The position numbers were made by a program, and so were the translations under genes. Under the pieces are notes generated by a model that had not been told where the DNA came from, searched no databases, and worked only from the letters and a program-made list of their open reading frames with translations. A stretch of DNA of 64,000 nt, from contig CM082577.2 in assembly GCA_040954595.2 (NCBI GenBank), forward strand, positions 16,189,903 to 16,253,902. The letters are read 5' to 3'. Within the stretch, counting starts at the first letter, position 1. Each line of letters starts with the position of its first letter. The DNA comes from Balanoglossus misakiensis (lineage: Eukaryota > Animalia > Hemichordata). Positions 12,271 to 26,201 of the stretch are shown in pieces.

Positions 12271-15200
12271 ATGGCTTCCAACAATGCGAACGATGACATT
12301 GAGTTTGAAGAAGACGACAATTTTTCAGAGAGCGATTTTGAATTGTCGTTATCGGACGATGACGAACAATTAACGGTTGAGGGCATGCCTGGTTCTGTTC
12401 CTGTTCATCAGCGTATGGCTGAATACCACTACAAATGTCCAATCTGCGACAAAGTGCTGAAGTCCGCTGCCGGGTTTTCCAACCATGTAAAAGTCCACAA
12501 GGTCTCCGAAAAATACAATGGTGAGTAGTCAATGATATTTGGACGGTAATAGTCAGGTGGAAATTTCAGAAAATGAGCATTTTAAAAGCATGTCAGGCAT
12601 TTTTTGGTACAAGCTGGGAACAAGTTGTTTTTGGATATTTCGAATACGCTGATTTCGAATTTGCCTGTTCCCAAAAATTCTTTTCACGTTTTCATGTCGA
12701 AAATGGCAAATTAATTTGTGACGTCATAATTTCAAAATACCTAAAAGAAAATGCTGTTTGTAGCCATTATGGTGCAATATCACAGGTCAACACCATAATA
12801 GTCTATTGAAATCATATTCTTATAATCATTTAAATATTTTAAAACAGTTTTTTTAATTTAGAAACATTTTGTGAATTGGTAAAATGCTAATTTATGTTAA
12901 TTAGGTCCAGGTGGAAATTTCAGAAAATGAGCATTTTAAAAGCATGTCATTCATTTTTTTTGGTACAAGCTGGGAACAAGTTGTTTTTGGATATTTCGAA
13001 TACGCTGATTTCGAATTTGCCTGTTCCCAAAAATTCTTTTCACGTTTTCATGTCGAAAATGGCAAATTAATTTGTGACGTCATAATTTCAAAATACCTAA
13101 AAGAATAAAAGAAAACGCTGTTTGTAGCCATTATGGTGCAATATCACAGGTAAACACCATAATAGTCTATTGAAATCATATTCTTATATTCATTTAAATA
13201 TTTTTAAACAATTTTTTTAATTTAGAAACATTTTGTGAATTGGTAAAATGCTAATTTATGTTAATTAGGTCCAGGTGGAAATTTCAGAAAATGAGCATTT
13301 TAAAAGCATGTCATTCATTTTTTTGGTACAAGCTGGGAACAAGTTGTTTTTGGATATTTAGAATACGCTGATTTCGAATTTGCCTGTTCCCAAAAATTCT
13401 TTTCACGTTTTCATGTCGAAAATGGCAAATTAATTTGTGACGTCATAATTTCAAAATACCTAAAAGAAAACGCTGTTTGTAGCCATTATGGTGCAATATC
13501 ACAGGTCAACACCATAATAGTCTATTGAAATCATATTCTTATATTCATTTAAATATTTTTAAGCATTTTTTTAAATTTAGAAACGTTTGGTGAATTGGTA
13601 AAAATGCTAATTTATGTTAATTAGGTGACACACCCATCTAAAATCAATGGTCTACAAAAGAGAGCCAACAGTGTTAAGTGAGGTGTCTATTCCAATGTTT
13701 TCAGGGTCAAGGAATTCAAATATGCAATCGATTACCTTGTCAGACAAGGTGCAGCATGGAAAATATGCAAAATTAGCTTAATTACTCATGATGTCATGCT
13801 AAAATTGACAATTGAAAGCTAATGATACGACTATGGCCAGTGAGGTGTCTATTCACATGTTTTTGGCAAATGTTTGCATTTTAATGAATAACTGAAATGA
13901 AACTTTTCATATTTGTATGTAATAGCATGTAAAAACAACAAAAACAAACAAATAAACATACACAACGAGGATTTAGTTTAGACTGTACATGCTCGTTGGT
14001 AACATCGTGACCGATCGCTCCGTTAAAAAACACCAGAACATTGAACGTATGAACGTTTAGGTCCACAATTCACAAGTTATTGAACTATGAATGTATGTTC
14101 AATGTTGTGAAAAGCCAAAAACATACTTTTTGCAAACAAAACTGGCATTTGTTAACGTACAAGTTGTTCATTAATAGCGAAAGCATCGTATGGCCACACT
14201 TACATTATGCCAGCACCGTATATTCATGCTTAGTTATAAGACGTTGAATGCACACTGATGGCCCGACGTCCTCGGTGTTTTTTTGAAACCCGGTCTCTAA
14301 CAACAATTTATCTTCATAAGTAAAGAGTAATGTGTATTTTTATTACGTTTTTATATATGATACTGTGTGCAAAGTGAAGATTGTGTCAGTGAGGCAACAT
14401 ATATACATGTATGTTTAATCCACTTGGGTGTCATACTTGGCTCAGATGTGCGTTAATGTGTACTAAACAAATTCAGATAGCGAGCCACAATATCTGTTGA
14501 TGAGTTTCCATGGCAACCATTTTTTTTCATTTTTTCAAAATGGCCGCCAATACAGATAATCTCACCCACAAAATAACAATTATAAAACACCACAATAAAT
14601 TCATATTACAATATTTGAAACAAGAAACTGCTCAAAGAGTAATTTTCAAAATATATATCATCACTAAACTAGTTATAGGGGTAAATACAGGATCGAGATT
14701 CAGTCGCTAAAGAAATTCAAGTTTGGTAATAACCCCGGATACAACAAACTTAGTTAAAACACTGTATAACCATATATATATATTATAATAGTGGCCTGGC
14801 ATAAACACAATTTTCGTAACATTTCGGCATTTTGTGATAAAAGTTTAACAAGTAAAGCTCAGTTGATTCGTTATTTTCCCCATAAAAATATCTTTGATGA
14901 ACAAAATTCCACATTTAGTGAACCCAGGAAAAAAACGGCATCTTGTTTCTCAACCTTATAAATTGATCTGACCAGTTTGAATCAGTGCAGAATCCAGCTT
15001 TTCTATTTTATCTTCATCAAATGATTCATGCAAATAAAGAATCACTTCCCCATAAAATGGTGGCAGAAAGCCAGTATCATGACAGTCGATTGGTTTGTTA
15101 AAGTTACTATAGAAACAAACTATGTCTAGGGTGCGTGTACATAGATAGATGTTAGGAATCAAAATCAAAATCTGTTTCAAACTTTTCATCCAATACTTGT

Positions 15201-18200
15201 CCTTCGGAAAGCGTTTTGATGAAGTCGCTTGAAGTGCTTTGTATTGCTCATGTTATCGATAATTTTAATCGCACCTTGATGATAGTCAGCAGTTCTTTTT
15301 TGACATGTTATTTTGTGTATTTTTGAACCCCCAAAATCAAAGAATAAAATGATAAAGTGAAAATAAGCTTCAAAACACCAAAAGTCTTCAGGATCACAGC
15401 TTTTCTGTAAAGAGTAAGATTTCGCTTACTTCATGCTATTAAATGAAATGAAGTTTTCCGTAATATCTCTTGCAAAGTCACATCTTTACACATTGAGATA
15501 TTAGAATGGAAGTACATTCCAAGTGACTTGTTGGGAGCCTTGGGGCACCTAATCCCAGAAAATTGCAATAAGACCTGTTTTTCCATTTACCAATCTAAAG
15601 GCCAACTGCTTGTATATTTAGTTGGGTTTCTATAATTAACACACATTTTTGACAATATTTATGGCATGATGGACACTATTCTCGACAAATAAAATAATGT
15701 TGTGTCCTCCGGTGTAATTTTTATGAGTTTGGAATCATATACACCATTTATCTTTTGGTCAACTCTGTTAACAGTCGCCAAAATTGCTGGAGTGGAACTG
15801 ATACATGATCTAAAGTATCAAGACATGTCTGTCGACCAATAAACGTGACGACCGCGGACTCAGTTTGGATCAACGTCTATTTCAGGCAGTGGACTCTCCT
15901 ATTAAGTTGATAAGGAAATTTTACCAGTCACGAGTAAGCCAAGCCCACATCCGTGTGCAATTCGAATATATCGGTGATCTGTTTATATGATTATCATTAG
16001 CTAAGGTGGTAAACTGTTGTGATTCATATGTGTAATTTACGCACTGCAAGTTAAATATCGCAATTAGCCTAATGTTTGACCATAGACAGTATGGTTTGAC
16101 TTCAAGAGGAGCACCTATTAATCCGAAAGGGATTAAAAGTTGTGCCTTTAGATTGTGTTTTGATAACTTACTTACCCCTATAAGTAGTTTAGTAACCATA
16201 ATATCTTTGTAAATTATTCTTTCCACAGTTCCTTGTATCAAATATAGTAATCTAAATTTATCTTGGTGTTTACAGATGTTATTTGGTGGGTGAAATTATC
16301 TGTATTGGTGGCCATTTTGAAAAATTGGTTGCCATGGAAACTCATCAACATATATTTAGTGGCTCCCTATCTGAATTTGTTTAGTACACATTAACACACA
16401 TCTGAGCCAAGTTTGGTGCTTTTATCACAAAATGCACAATCACTATGAAAATTAGGGTTTGGCCGCTCCACTACAGGGCTTTAGACGGCCATATTGAATT
16501 GCCACATCGAGGCTCTTATCTCAAAATGAACTTCACACTTGAAGTATTGTTTTGAACAAGGTTTAAGTCCTTTATTAAAATAAAGAAAAGGTAATTTTTT
16601 CCAATGCTTGTGAGTTTTCAGTACATGTACTGTTACACCTAGCTTTATTATCATTTGGTAGCCAAAAATCAACGAATTATTCATATAATATGCAAATTTT
16701 TGCATAATTATTGTTTTATTGTTGCTATTTTGTGTTTATACAACCAAAAAAAGTTGTTGATGTAAACATGTAGTTTAGTTTCATTATTTAAGGAGGTACG
16801 TGAACATTTCTTTGATGCTATTCATGTGAGAATTGCGATCCTTGGCGGCCATATTTGATTTGCCAAAACGAGGCTCTTATCTCAAAAAGATCTTTTGGGA
16901 ACAGGCATTTTCGAAATCAGCGTAGTCGAATTGACCAAAAAACATATTTGGTTTGCTTGTACCAAAAAATGCCAGAGGGGGTCACAATTTCTCAAATCTC
17001 CACCTGACTATAAAGGCGACAATATATATTCAGTTACATCCATTTCTACAGTTATTGATACTAGTCATGGGTCATGGGAACACGACGCGTCAACCTTATC
17101 GATCACCGAGCGACGCGTCGCAGGTCTGTAATAGTGTAGCCGCACTCACAGACTGTCTGTGCTGCACTGTAGCATACCCAATCTTGAATCACAGTGCCCC
17201 AATCAAACAGCTATTACTACAGGTTTTCAATTTCTTTGAACGTAGGAGTATTTTTTAGTTTTCTCAAATGAGTTATATTAAAGACCAGGGCTGTGCATAC
17301 AAGTGTAGCAAAGACACATCAGTGTAGTCTCACCCCTTACTGGAGAAATCCTCAGAAATATAATGATTGTCAATTGCGAAAGTGATCTCAAATTTTGAAT
17401 ATTTAAAGGCGTATGACAGGAGGAGCACCAATAAAATAGTAATTTCTCTGTGCAGAGGCCCCTGATGTTTATTATGCAAATACTTGTTTTGAAAAAAACA
17501 GCCACCCTTCGTTGTGTTACCATCATTCAATAATTTTCTTCTTTATACCGCAGCCAAGGACCATATTCGCAAGGTTTACTCACCTGGACCAAACACTGAT
17601 GAAATGTGTGATATGACTAAACATGACAGAATATCGAGTACCAACACGGATACAAGATCAAAGACTTCTCAAAGTTCACGTGAGTTAAAATGTTTTTTTT
17701 TATTGCAAAACAGATGACATTCTATTATAGACTGAAGGCTGTCAAGGACATAGGATAAGATTTGAAATTATCATATATATATTACAGCATCACTGTCATG
17801 TTTTGTAGTATGCAAATCAATGGATACATGCTGCATCATCGATAATGCTGAAGATGTAAAATAATTGACATCAGTGCAGGCATGTAGATATCTGCCTTAT
17901 AAATGTAAGAAACATATACAAATAAGTTCAGTGCATACAGCTTTTTCATAAAACAACACCAAATATCTAGCATTGCATTGAGGTCTGGTATCGTAATGAT
18001 TCTCATGCTCATCTGCAACTTCTTACAGGATTGCAATCATTTCCACAAGAATGTGCACAGAAAATAGTGACTGATGGGGTCCAAGTAATCCTGGATGATA
18101 TCATCAACTGTCCATTCCTTGCCATACCAGAGTCTGAACATGGAAAAGACATCCTACAAGTTGCCAACCAAGCTATGAATGCTTATCAACACCATAAAGA

Positions 18201-18708
18201 TGACATGAAGATAAAGGAAGATGTCCAGAGAATCACAACAATTTTTCATTCTGCTTGTAAGTTTACTATTCCAACAACCCAAAGAGAGGAAATGTGGTGC
18301 CACTTTCACACTGTGCGATTCAACACAGACTTAAGAGATTCAGTCTACCACATTTTTTCTCTGAATCAGCAAGATGAACACGCAGTGACACTATTTTATC
18401 AGACATTCGTACAAAGATTATTCTTTCATCTTGTAAGAAAGCGTACAGCTCTAGATATAGAGGCACACAACAGCAGCCATGGTTCTGTTACAACTTCCAG
18501 GTTGTCAGCCACAGAACAACAAGCAATCAGATACATCACAAGGTATTTGATCAGGTCTGCCATTACGAAATTCAACAAGCAGAAAACACAAAAAGCAAAA
18601 GCCTTTATTGCAGTAATGAAACAGATGATCTGTAAGGGAAACTCAGGTTTTTATCTCTTGGAATCACGAAAATGGATTGATGCTCAGTGGTCTGATCCAG
18701 CCATCTGA
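12271..18708 (+). CDS. Three-exon, probably TE-associated gene (12271-12520, 17554-17679, 18029-18708): acidic N-terminus, C2H2 zinc finger and a YIxGY/GL..PS-type helical domain; 3' end degenerate
   Basis: YKCPICDKVLKSAAGFSNHVKVH finger. Both introns are GT-AG and phase 1 (G|CC, C|GA), giving a continuous frame. EQQAIRYITRYLI...SRKWID / GLIQPSD motif is interrupted by a frameshift. Confidence 0.6.
12554..13625. repeat. Tandem repeat, 3 x ~355-365 bp
   Basis: Near-identical units start CAGGTGGAAATTTCAG at 12554, 12908 and 13272. Confidence 0.95.
14435..16473. mobile_element. Foldback element with ~150-bp inverted arms enclosing a LINE fragment; right end ...GCCGCTCCACTA
   Basis: 14435-14578 is the reverse complement of ~16277-16412. 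The CACTA-3' end resembles the element at 43304-44468. The left terminus is missing. Confidence 0.6.
14650..15780 (-). pseudogene. Decayed L1/Tx1-clade ORF2 fragment (RT C-terminal part and downstream region)
   Basis: Minus strand reads EDTTLF (YADDTT-like), *SKRNLTLYRKAVILKTFGVLKLIF and LPPFYGEVI, with many stops and frameshifts. Confidence 0.65.
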
Positions 18709-19361
18709 CCAATCATTTCTGCTTGTTCGTACTATGGACAGGCTTATAGAGGATTGTTATATTTATAGTGCTACAGGTCATGTGATGTGCAGTGATAGCA
18801 TACATTTTATCTGCCTGCACTTGATCATTTTTATTACAGAGCTTTCCTCCCTGAAGTTTTAACATGTCGTGTGAAGAGAGGAGTCACACTGTATTAACAT
18901 GGGGGGTGGAAGTGCCAAATGGATCAATTTTAAGTTATCAGACATGCCACACAGAGTGTAGTTGTTCTGTCTATTGCGAAATACCATTAGTACTAAGAAT
19001 GCCAGTTTATGATATGTTAATAGATTTAAATTCTCTTCCTGATTTGCCATACAAAGAAACCCCTATATATGACATTAAAATTAACAATGTACAGGAACAT
19101 GCGTGGTTTCAATCTATCAAATGTAACAAAGAAGAGTAATTATATGATTGAAGCAAGACAAGAAAGCAGTCTGTCAGTGATAAGTCGTTGCTTTACAGAA
19201 AACCCAGGCTGACTGCATCAAATTTCTACGATACCTGTATAAGAAAAACATCACGATGCCCTGTGTTGTAGGTTATTAATGCCGAATGTTTCACAAGCAG
19301 ATACACTGAACATGGCAAAATATACAAGTGAGGGGTTCATGAAGAATGCCAAATACATGAA

Positions 19362-22300
19362 TTAAAGCTGCAAGCAGCATTGTCCGGGCCCAAGCTCTGT
19401 TATCTGATCTGATTATTAGATATGCACATAATTAATGAGTTGAAACATAATGCTGTGTTTTATCCCCATGAAATATCAAGGTTATATGTATGTTTGTTGT
19501 TGATATAGTGTTAAGTAGGTCAAAGGTCACCCAGAGGTCACCCACAATTTGGGCAGAAAATTTTGACCAACAGTGGTCCATGTCCAACAAAAACCAGACC
19601 TCTAGCCCTTTTGGTTAGCCCGGAATTAGGTATGCACATAAATAATGCGTAAAGCAGGTGTCACAGGTGACCCAAAACTTTGGCTTTTCATTATGGTCCC
19701 ATACCTCCAAATGTCAAGGCTGTACCTGCTTTGGATGCCGATATATGCAAAAGTAGGTCAAAGGTCATCTGAGGTCATCCAAAATTTGGGCAGAAAATTT
19801 TGACCCATAGTGGTCCATGTCAAACAAAAACCGGACATCTAGCCCTTTTGGTTAGCCCGGAATTAGGTATGCACATAAATAATGAGTAAAGCAGGTGTCA
19901 CAGGTGACTCAAAACTTTGGCTTTTCATTATGGCCCCATACCTCCAAACACCAAGGCTGTATCTGGTGTGGATGTCGAGATATGCAAAAGTAGGTCAAAG
20001 GTCACCCGAGGTCACCCAACATTTGGGCAAAATATTTTGACCCCATACTGGTCCATGTATAACAAAAACAAAACCTCTAGGTCTATTGGTTCATCATTAA
20101 TTAGGTATGCGCATATTTAATGAGGTCACCAGAGGTCAAAGGGGTCATGAAAAGTAGCAAAATTTTTTGATCACATACAAATCCACATACATCAAAAACC
20201 AAACTTATAGCCCCATTGGTTAGCCAGGAATTAGATATGCAGAAAAATGATTCGTCAAAAGTAGGTCAAAGGTCATTGCCAAAATTACCAAAATATTTAT
20301 AGCTTATTCTTGTCATATGATGATTCATATCCATAAAAAGAATTTCTGTGCTATCAATGTTTAGGCTAGAAAAGGAATTTTTACTTTTTAATCGTTTTTC
20401 ACAAAATCCAATATGGCCGCCATAATCTTCGACCAATCACATTCCACTTCGCAAACTTGATAGACATCTGTTTAATGACCACACACACCAAATCTTGTGA
20501 CTCGGTTATCGCCGGTTCTTGAGAAGAAGATTTTTGAAGTTTTACTATGGTTTTTCGAAAATCCAATATGGCCGCCATAATCTTCAACCAATCACAATGA
20601 TCTTCGCAAACTTGATAGACATCAGTTAGGTGACCACATACCCCAAACGGCGTGACTCGGTTATCGCCGGTTCTGGAGAAGAAGATTTTTGAAATTTTGA
20701 CCAGATTTCAGAAAAACAACTGCAGCCAAAAAACTGCAACATTGACAGCAAAATATCCAATTACAAAAATGATGGGCAGAGGGTATACTACCAGCACACC
20801 AAATCTGAAGTCGATCTGACTTGTAGTTTCTGAGATCTGAGATTTGCATTTTTTCAGAAAATCCAATATGGCCGCCATGTCACGTGACTAATTAAGTATT
20901 CACAAGTCACTGCACATCTACTCATTGACGTTGACCACTGTAGCAAGTTTGAGAACTGTACCTGCAGCAGTGTCTGAGATCTAGAGCGCGAAAGAAATGA
21001 ACCAAGAATAAAGAAAGAAAGAAAGAATTAAAGCTGCAAGCAGCATTGTCCGGGCCCAAGCTCTATTATCTGATCTGATTATTAGATATGCACATAATTA
21101 ATGAGTAGAAACATCAAAGGTCACCCAGGGGTCATCCACAATTTGGGCAGAACATTTTGACCCATAGTGGTCCATGTCCAACAAAAACCAGGCCTCTAGC
21201 CATTTTGGTTAGCCCGGAATTAGGTATGCACATAAATAATGAGTAAAGCAGGTGTCACAGGTGACCCAAAACTTTGGCTTTTCATTATGGCCCCATACCT
21301 CCAAATGCCAAGGCTGTATCTGCTGTGGATGTCGAGATATGCAAAAGTAGGTCAAAGGTCACCCGAGGTCACCCAACATTTGGGCAAAATATTTTGACCC
21401 CATACTGGTCCATGTATAACAAAAACAAAATCTCTAGGTCTATCGGTTCATCTGTAATTAGGTATGTGCATATTTAATGAGGTCAGCAGAGGTCAAAGGG
21501 GTCATGAAAAGTAGCAAAATTTTTTGATCACATACAAATCCACATACATCAAAAACCAAACTTATAGCCCTATTGGTTAGCCTGGAATTAGATATGCAGA
21601 AAAATGATGCGTCAAAAGTAGGTCAAAGGTCATTGCCAAAATTACCAAAATATTTATAGCTTATTCTTGTCATATGATGATTCATATCCATAAAAAGAAT
21701 TTCTGTGCTATCAATTTTTAGGCTAGAAAGGGAATTTTTACTTTTTAATCGTTTTTCACAAAATCCAATATGGCCGCCATAATCTTCGACCAATCACATT
21801 CCCCTTCGCAAACTTGATAGACATCTGTTTAATGACCACACACACCAAATCTTGTGACTCGGTTATCGCCCGTTCTGGAGAAGAAGATTTTTGAAGTTTT
21901 ACTATGGTTTTTCGAAAATCCAATATGGCCGCCATAATCTTCGACCAATCACAATGATCTTCGCAAACTTGATAGACATCAGTTAGGTGACCACATACCT
22001 CAAATGGCGTGACTCGGTTATCGCCGGTTCTGGAGAAGAAGATTTTTGAAAATTTGACCAGATTTCAGAAAAACAACTGTAGCAAAAAAACTGCAACATT
22101 GACAGCATAATATCCAATTACAAAAATGATGGGCATAAGGTATACTAGCTGCACACCAAATTTGAAGTCAATCTGACTTGTAGTTTCTGAGATCTGAGAT
22201 TTGCATTTTTTCAGAAAATCCAATATGGCCGCCAGGTCACGTGACTAATTAAATATTCACGAGCCACTGCACATCTACTCATTGGCCCCTATCTGCCTAC

Positions 22301-22495
22301 CAAGTTTCAGCCTGGTTGGTGCTGCAGTTTTTGAGATTTAGGTGGCCGAAAAATGGAACCAAGAATAAAGAAGGAAAGAAAGACTGAAAAACCCCAACGA
22401 AACCAATAGGGCCCAAGCGCTGGTATGCGCTTGGGCCCTAAAAACCCCAACGAAACCAATACGGGCCCAAGCCTGGCTTGGCTTGGGCCCGTAAT
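19362..22495 (-). mobile_element. HINE-like (Helentron-associated) element, outer copy
   Basis: Head hairpin GGGCCCAAGCC...GGCTTGGGCCC at 22463-22490, TTTC microsatellite, internal ~155-bp and ~237-bp tandem units, tail CTTGGGCCC + GCTGCTTGCAGC stem + TTTAA. Confidence 0.75.
21028..22441 (-). mobile_element. HINE-like element, inner copy nested in the outer copy's microsatellite
   Basis: Has its own tail at 21028 and its own head hairpin GGGCCCAAGCGCTGGTATGCGCTTGGGCCC ending at ~22438. Confidence 0.75.
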
Positions 22496-25015
22496 GACAC
22501 TGGTAATTATGTGTCTCTACATAAATGTGGTCTAGTCATTAAAACCCCTTGTAATGTTTTCTTGGAGGCACACCTGATTCGAAAGTGGTTGATAGAAAAT
22601 CATCTGAGCCATATGGTATTGTAGAGGTTAAATGCCCAGAAACAAAGTAAAATGTAACTCCATTGGATGCATGCAATTTTATTGTTATGATGACAATGGG
22701 CAGCCTAGGTTAAAAGTTAGTCACAGAGGCCATGTCTACAGAGATATGTGCATTGCCTTGTGGGCACAGCTGTCATCAAGAGTGCCTCCCTTTTGCAGGT
22801 GAGAAGTGTTTGGTGTGCACCCCTTTACTATTAAAATCAGACCATAAACTCAGTGAAAATTTAAACCAAGGTCTTCTGTAACCAACAAAACATCAAAAGT
22901 CTTATAGTGAAACGCAAATGAAACCATTACCCAATCCCCAGTAGTATCCATGGTGATGCATCTGTTTTGAGCACAGCGCCCATCAGTATATTCCACTCTT
23001 TGTGCAATTTACTTGAAAAAATGTGATATGAATGAATACAGGATGGCAAAAACACGAATCATAATTAAAAAAAAGAAATTGAGCTATATTTGTTCAGGAA
23101 TAGCTTGTACCAAGGTATTCTGACTATAAAGGGCGCAGTTGCCAGAAAGTTTGTTGGCCATCTTGGTTTACCGCCAGATATCTCAGTAGATTCCATGGTG
23201 ACCCCTCATTTATTTACCTAACCCAATCTATTAGTATCTGTGATTTTCAAAAAACAAGTTTGATCTTGGAAATGGTTAAAAATGGCAAAAACCTGAATTT
23301 CTACTTGAAAAACATAAGCTATATATTATTTCAAAATGGTCACAAATTTATTTTAAAACAGCAATACCAAGTTTTATGGTTAGATAATTATCCAATGTAG
23401 AGTAATAATTGTACAATTAAAAAAAAAACCACATTACTTTTACATTCAAGAATAATATAAAAAATGGTGATTTTCTTGAGATACCAATATATGAAATTTA
23501 CCACTGTTTCTGGACCATAGAAGGCGCTACCACTTGATAATTTGATGATTGACCCCAATTTATTTTCCCACCTATAACATTCTGGTATAATGTTCTATCA
23601 TCTCTGAAAATTTTAGAGCAATCCGACAAAATTTAAAAGTGAGGTGCGTATCACCTTAACTGATCAAAGCAGGATATTATGTGGCCATACAGTTTTATTA
23701 TTTTGTATGTCACATTCAATGTCACCAGAACATCAATGCTAAATTTCAGATTAAGGGCATTCTAGATATTGAGTCTGGAGCATTAAATCACAATGTTGAA
23801 GCTTCATTTTGTATATTGTTTAACTAGAGAAGTCCACAAAATGTGCCCCTATGTTAAAATTCCGATAACTTCACCATTTCACACAATTCAGAATAACTGC
23901 AATAATTGTAACTTCGGCCATATTCACTATGGCTTCTTGTCAAAAAGGCCAGGTGTACAACCTTTGCTTGTCCGTAAAAGACAATGGGCAAGCCAGAGTG
24001 CTGGAGGCATTTGCTGCTGAATGTCCGGAAATCAACCTGCCTTCCAACCCAAAATCTTCATATAACAAAATACACAGCGTGAACAGAAAAGCAACTGAAC
24101 TAAAAAGATAATCTTCTTTTGAGTGGGGGTTCCTGCATGCTACAGGTAATTTTGAATGTACCACCGGTTAAGGTACATTTATCGAATAATGAAGAAGGGA
24201 TGGCAATGTGAGAACTTGAGGACTTCTGTGTACATAATGTGGACATCCCGCATGAACGGTATTATTGAAGAGTCATGTAGGGTAATGTTGACGACGAGGG
24301 CTGAACTACGCTGCTTGGAGGTTCACAATGATATGTGTCTGTCCAAATATGTGACATGGCATATTTAGAGGTTATAAACAGCTAGCGAGGGTATTTGGTT
24401 GGGGATATAAGACCTCTCAGGTGAAAATTAGCATATTTGGCGGGAAATAATCACCAAGCATTGTCATATGTGGCCTTTCTCTCTCACGACTGGATGGGTC
24501 ATGCTGATAATATCTTCTGCCACGACCGGTTTTTGGTCCTAGCTATGCCAAGTTTTTTATTTTCATGTTGTCACTAAAGTGTTTAACCGACATATCAGCA
24601 ACATGTAAGGCACCAAAGAAATAAACATTCCTGGTGTGAAAGTCAAGTGCGCGGCGATGATCTTGATGATGGTGCCTTAATTCCCAAAATTCGCCAATAC
24701 TGCGCAATAGCTGCAGTATAATGTGAACTTGCAAGCTTTTTTGTTGTTACTTGTCTTGAAGATCAGATTGGGATTGCCATGATTGTGGAAGACGTCGAAG
24801 TACCAAAAGATTTCCTGAACCATGGCAAGGAAATTAGTATACACCGAAAGAACAATTTCATTTCTCGAGCAAATTTTTGCCTGAAAGTTCAGTGTTCGAC
24901 GAACACGTCAAGATGCGGGGTGCTATAAATGAGTTCCCGTAAAGATATAAACTGTCTGTAATTGTGACAGATAATTGCTTTTGAAATTAATTGCATAAAT
25001 AATGATTTCTTGCAG

Positions 25016-25267
25016 GTTATCAATCATGTATATCTCCATGAGACCATCTTGGCGATATCAAGGGCTTACCGTAATGATAATGATGACGACAATTTCAACA
25101 GATCCAATCAACATGCTGCCTATCGGCAGTTTATCTTACGTCAGCATGGTCTATTGGATGTTGGTGATAGGCATGTTATACCCAGCTGTTGTGTGTGGAG
25201 GATCAGGGACAGATATCATGATCCATTTAGTAATTACACAGGATTTATTCCCAATCGATTTGCATAG
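25016..25267 (+). pseudogene. P2X7 cytoplasmic-domain-like (KolX-type, Kolobok accessory) terminal exon
   Basis: NRSNQHAAYRQFI..HGLL..GDRHVIPSCCVWRIRDRY.DP..NYTGF is the typical motif; TTGCAG acceptor at 25015. Confidence 0.8.
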
Positions 25268-26201
25268 AAAACTGTAATATTTATTTTTGACAATGTTTTT
25301 CTTGTATTTACACGTCTTACTTGACTTAAAGGAATATAAATGTTGAAAGCAAAACTTCAGATTTGTTATTGTATTCATTACTGCTTAAACAACATTATCC
25401 ATAGTTAATGATAATGTAGCATTTGAACACTTAACTGACATAAGTTTGTCACACTGAATCTGAGAAATATAAACCCTCTAAACTTAGATACAAGCCTCAA
25501 AAGGTCATTGATGAGGATCCAGGTTTTTGTAACTTTTGGAGAGAAAAAAAAAGATTCATAGAGACAATTAATGTAAAATGTGATCTCTGTGAGCATCCTA
25601 TGATGCATTAATTAGAGAAAGTGTTTCTACCCAGACAATCAGTGATAAATCAAAATCTTTATTAGGGTAGAAAACATTGATACCACAATGAGACATGATA
25701 ATATATGACCTTAGATTGAAAGAATACAATAAACCAGAATTTCTAGAGGTAACTTAGAATTAACACTTGTACTCTTAATTTTATCCCAATATTTTTGCCG
25801 TATTTATATCTCCAGAAACTGTTTGTGTCGATGTTTTTAGTGAAAACCCCTTTTAGCAGGTATGTGAGAGGTTCAAAACTGATACTATGCGCCCCCTACC
25901 TGCGCCGGCGCTTCGATCAAAAACAGCACTAATTGTGCCGTCCTTTGCGCCATCACGCCGCACCATCTTTCAAGCCGCAACAAATCTATGATCATGGCGG
26001 TGATTTAATATAAAAATGTGACATTGTTTTATTTAGAGTAATAGCAGCATCTATTACCGAATATATGAAATTAGCCGGCCTTGTAAACATGTTTGACAAC
26101 TGTGACAGAATTGTATCGTCCAGAGATGCACTTGATTGGTGCATATAGTTTAGATATTCTATTTAAGCAGTTGATATCAACAACTAAACCACCATTCCTA
26201 G

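Larger units (their letters stand above)
12550..17010. mobile_element. Academ-like non-autonomous element (4.46 kb) inserted in an intron
   Basis: Termini TAGTCAGGTGGAAATTTCAGAAA and TTTCTCAAATCTCCACCTGACTA; 3-bp TSD TAA at 12547-12549 and 17011-17013. Confidence 0.75.
18864..22760 (+). pseudogene. YqaJ/lambda-exonuclease-like (PD-(D/E)XK) gene remnant interrupted by HINE-like elements
   Basis: TRKQSVSDKSLLYRKPRLTASNF before 19362; CGLVI...FLGGTPD..VVD...YGIVEVKCP after 22495. Confidence 0.75.

Noticed and set aside
12573-13108. Duplicated ORFs FFGTSWEQVVFG...
   Set aside because: Chance frames within a non-coding tandem repeat.
19917-20120. Recurrent 67-aa ORF MAFHYGPIPP... (also at 21274, 59448 and 60872)
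   Set aside because: Part of the HINE internal tandem unit, with non-ATG starts; not a gene family.
19362-22495. CRISPR-like array of recurring motifs
   Set aside because: Units are homologous along their full length with no unique spacers, there are no cas genes, and the context is eukaryotic.
23040-23659. Kolobok-like right end GAGGTGCGTATCACC|TTAA
   Set aside because: No matching left end found, so boundaries cannot be supported.
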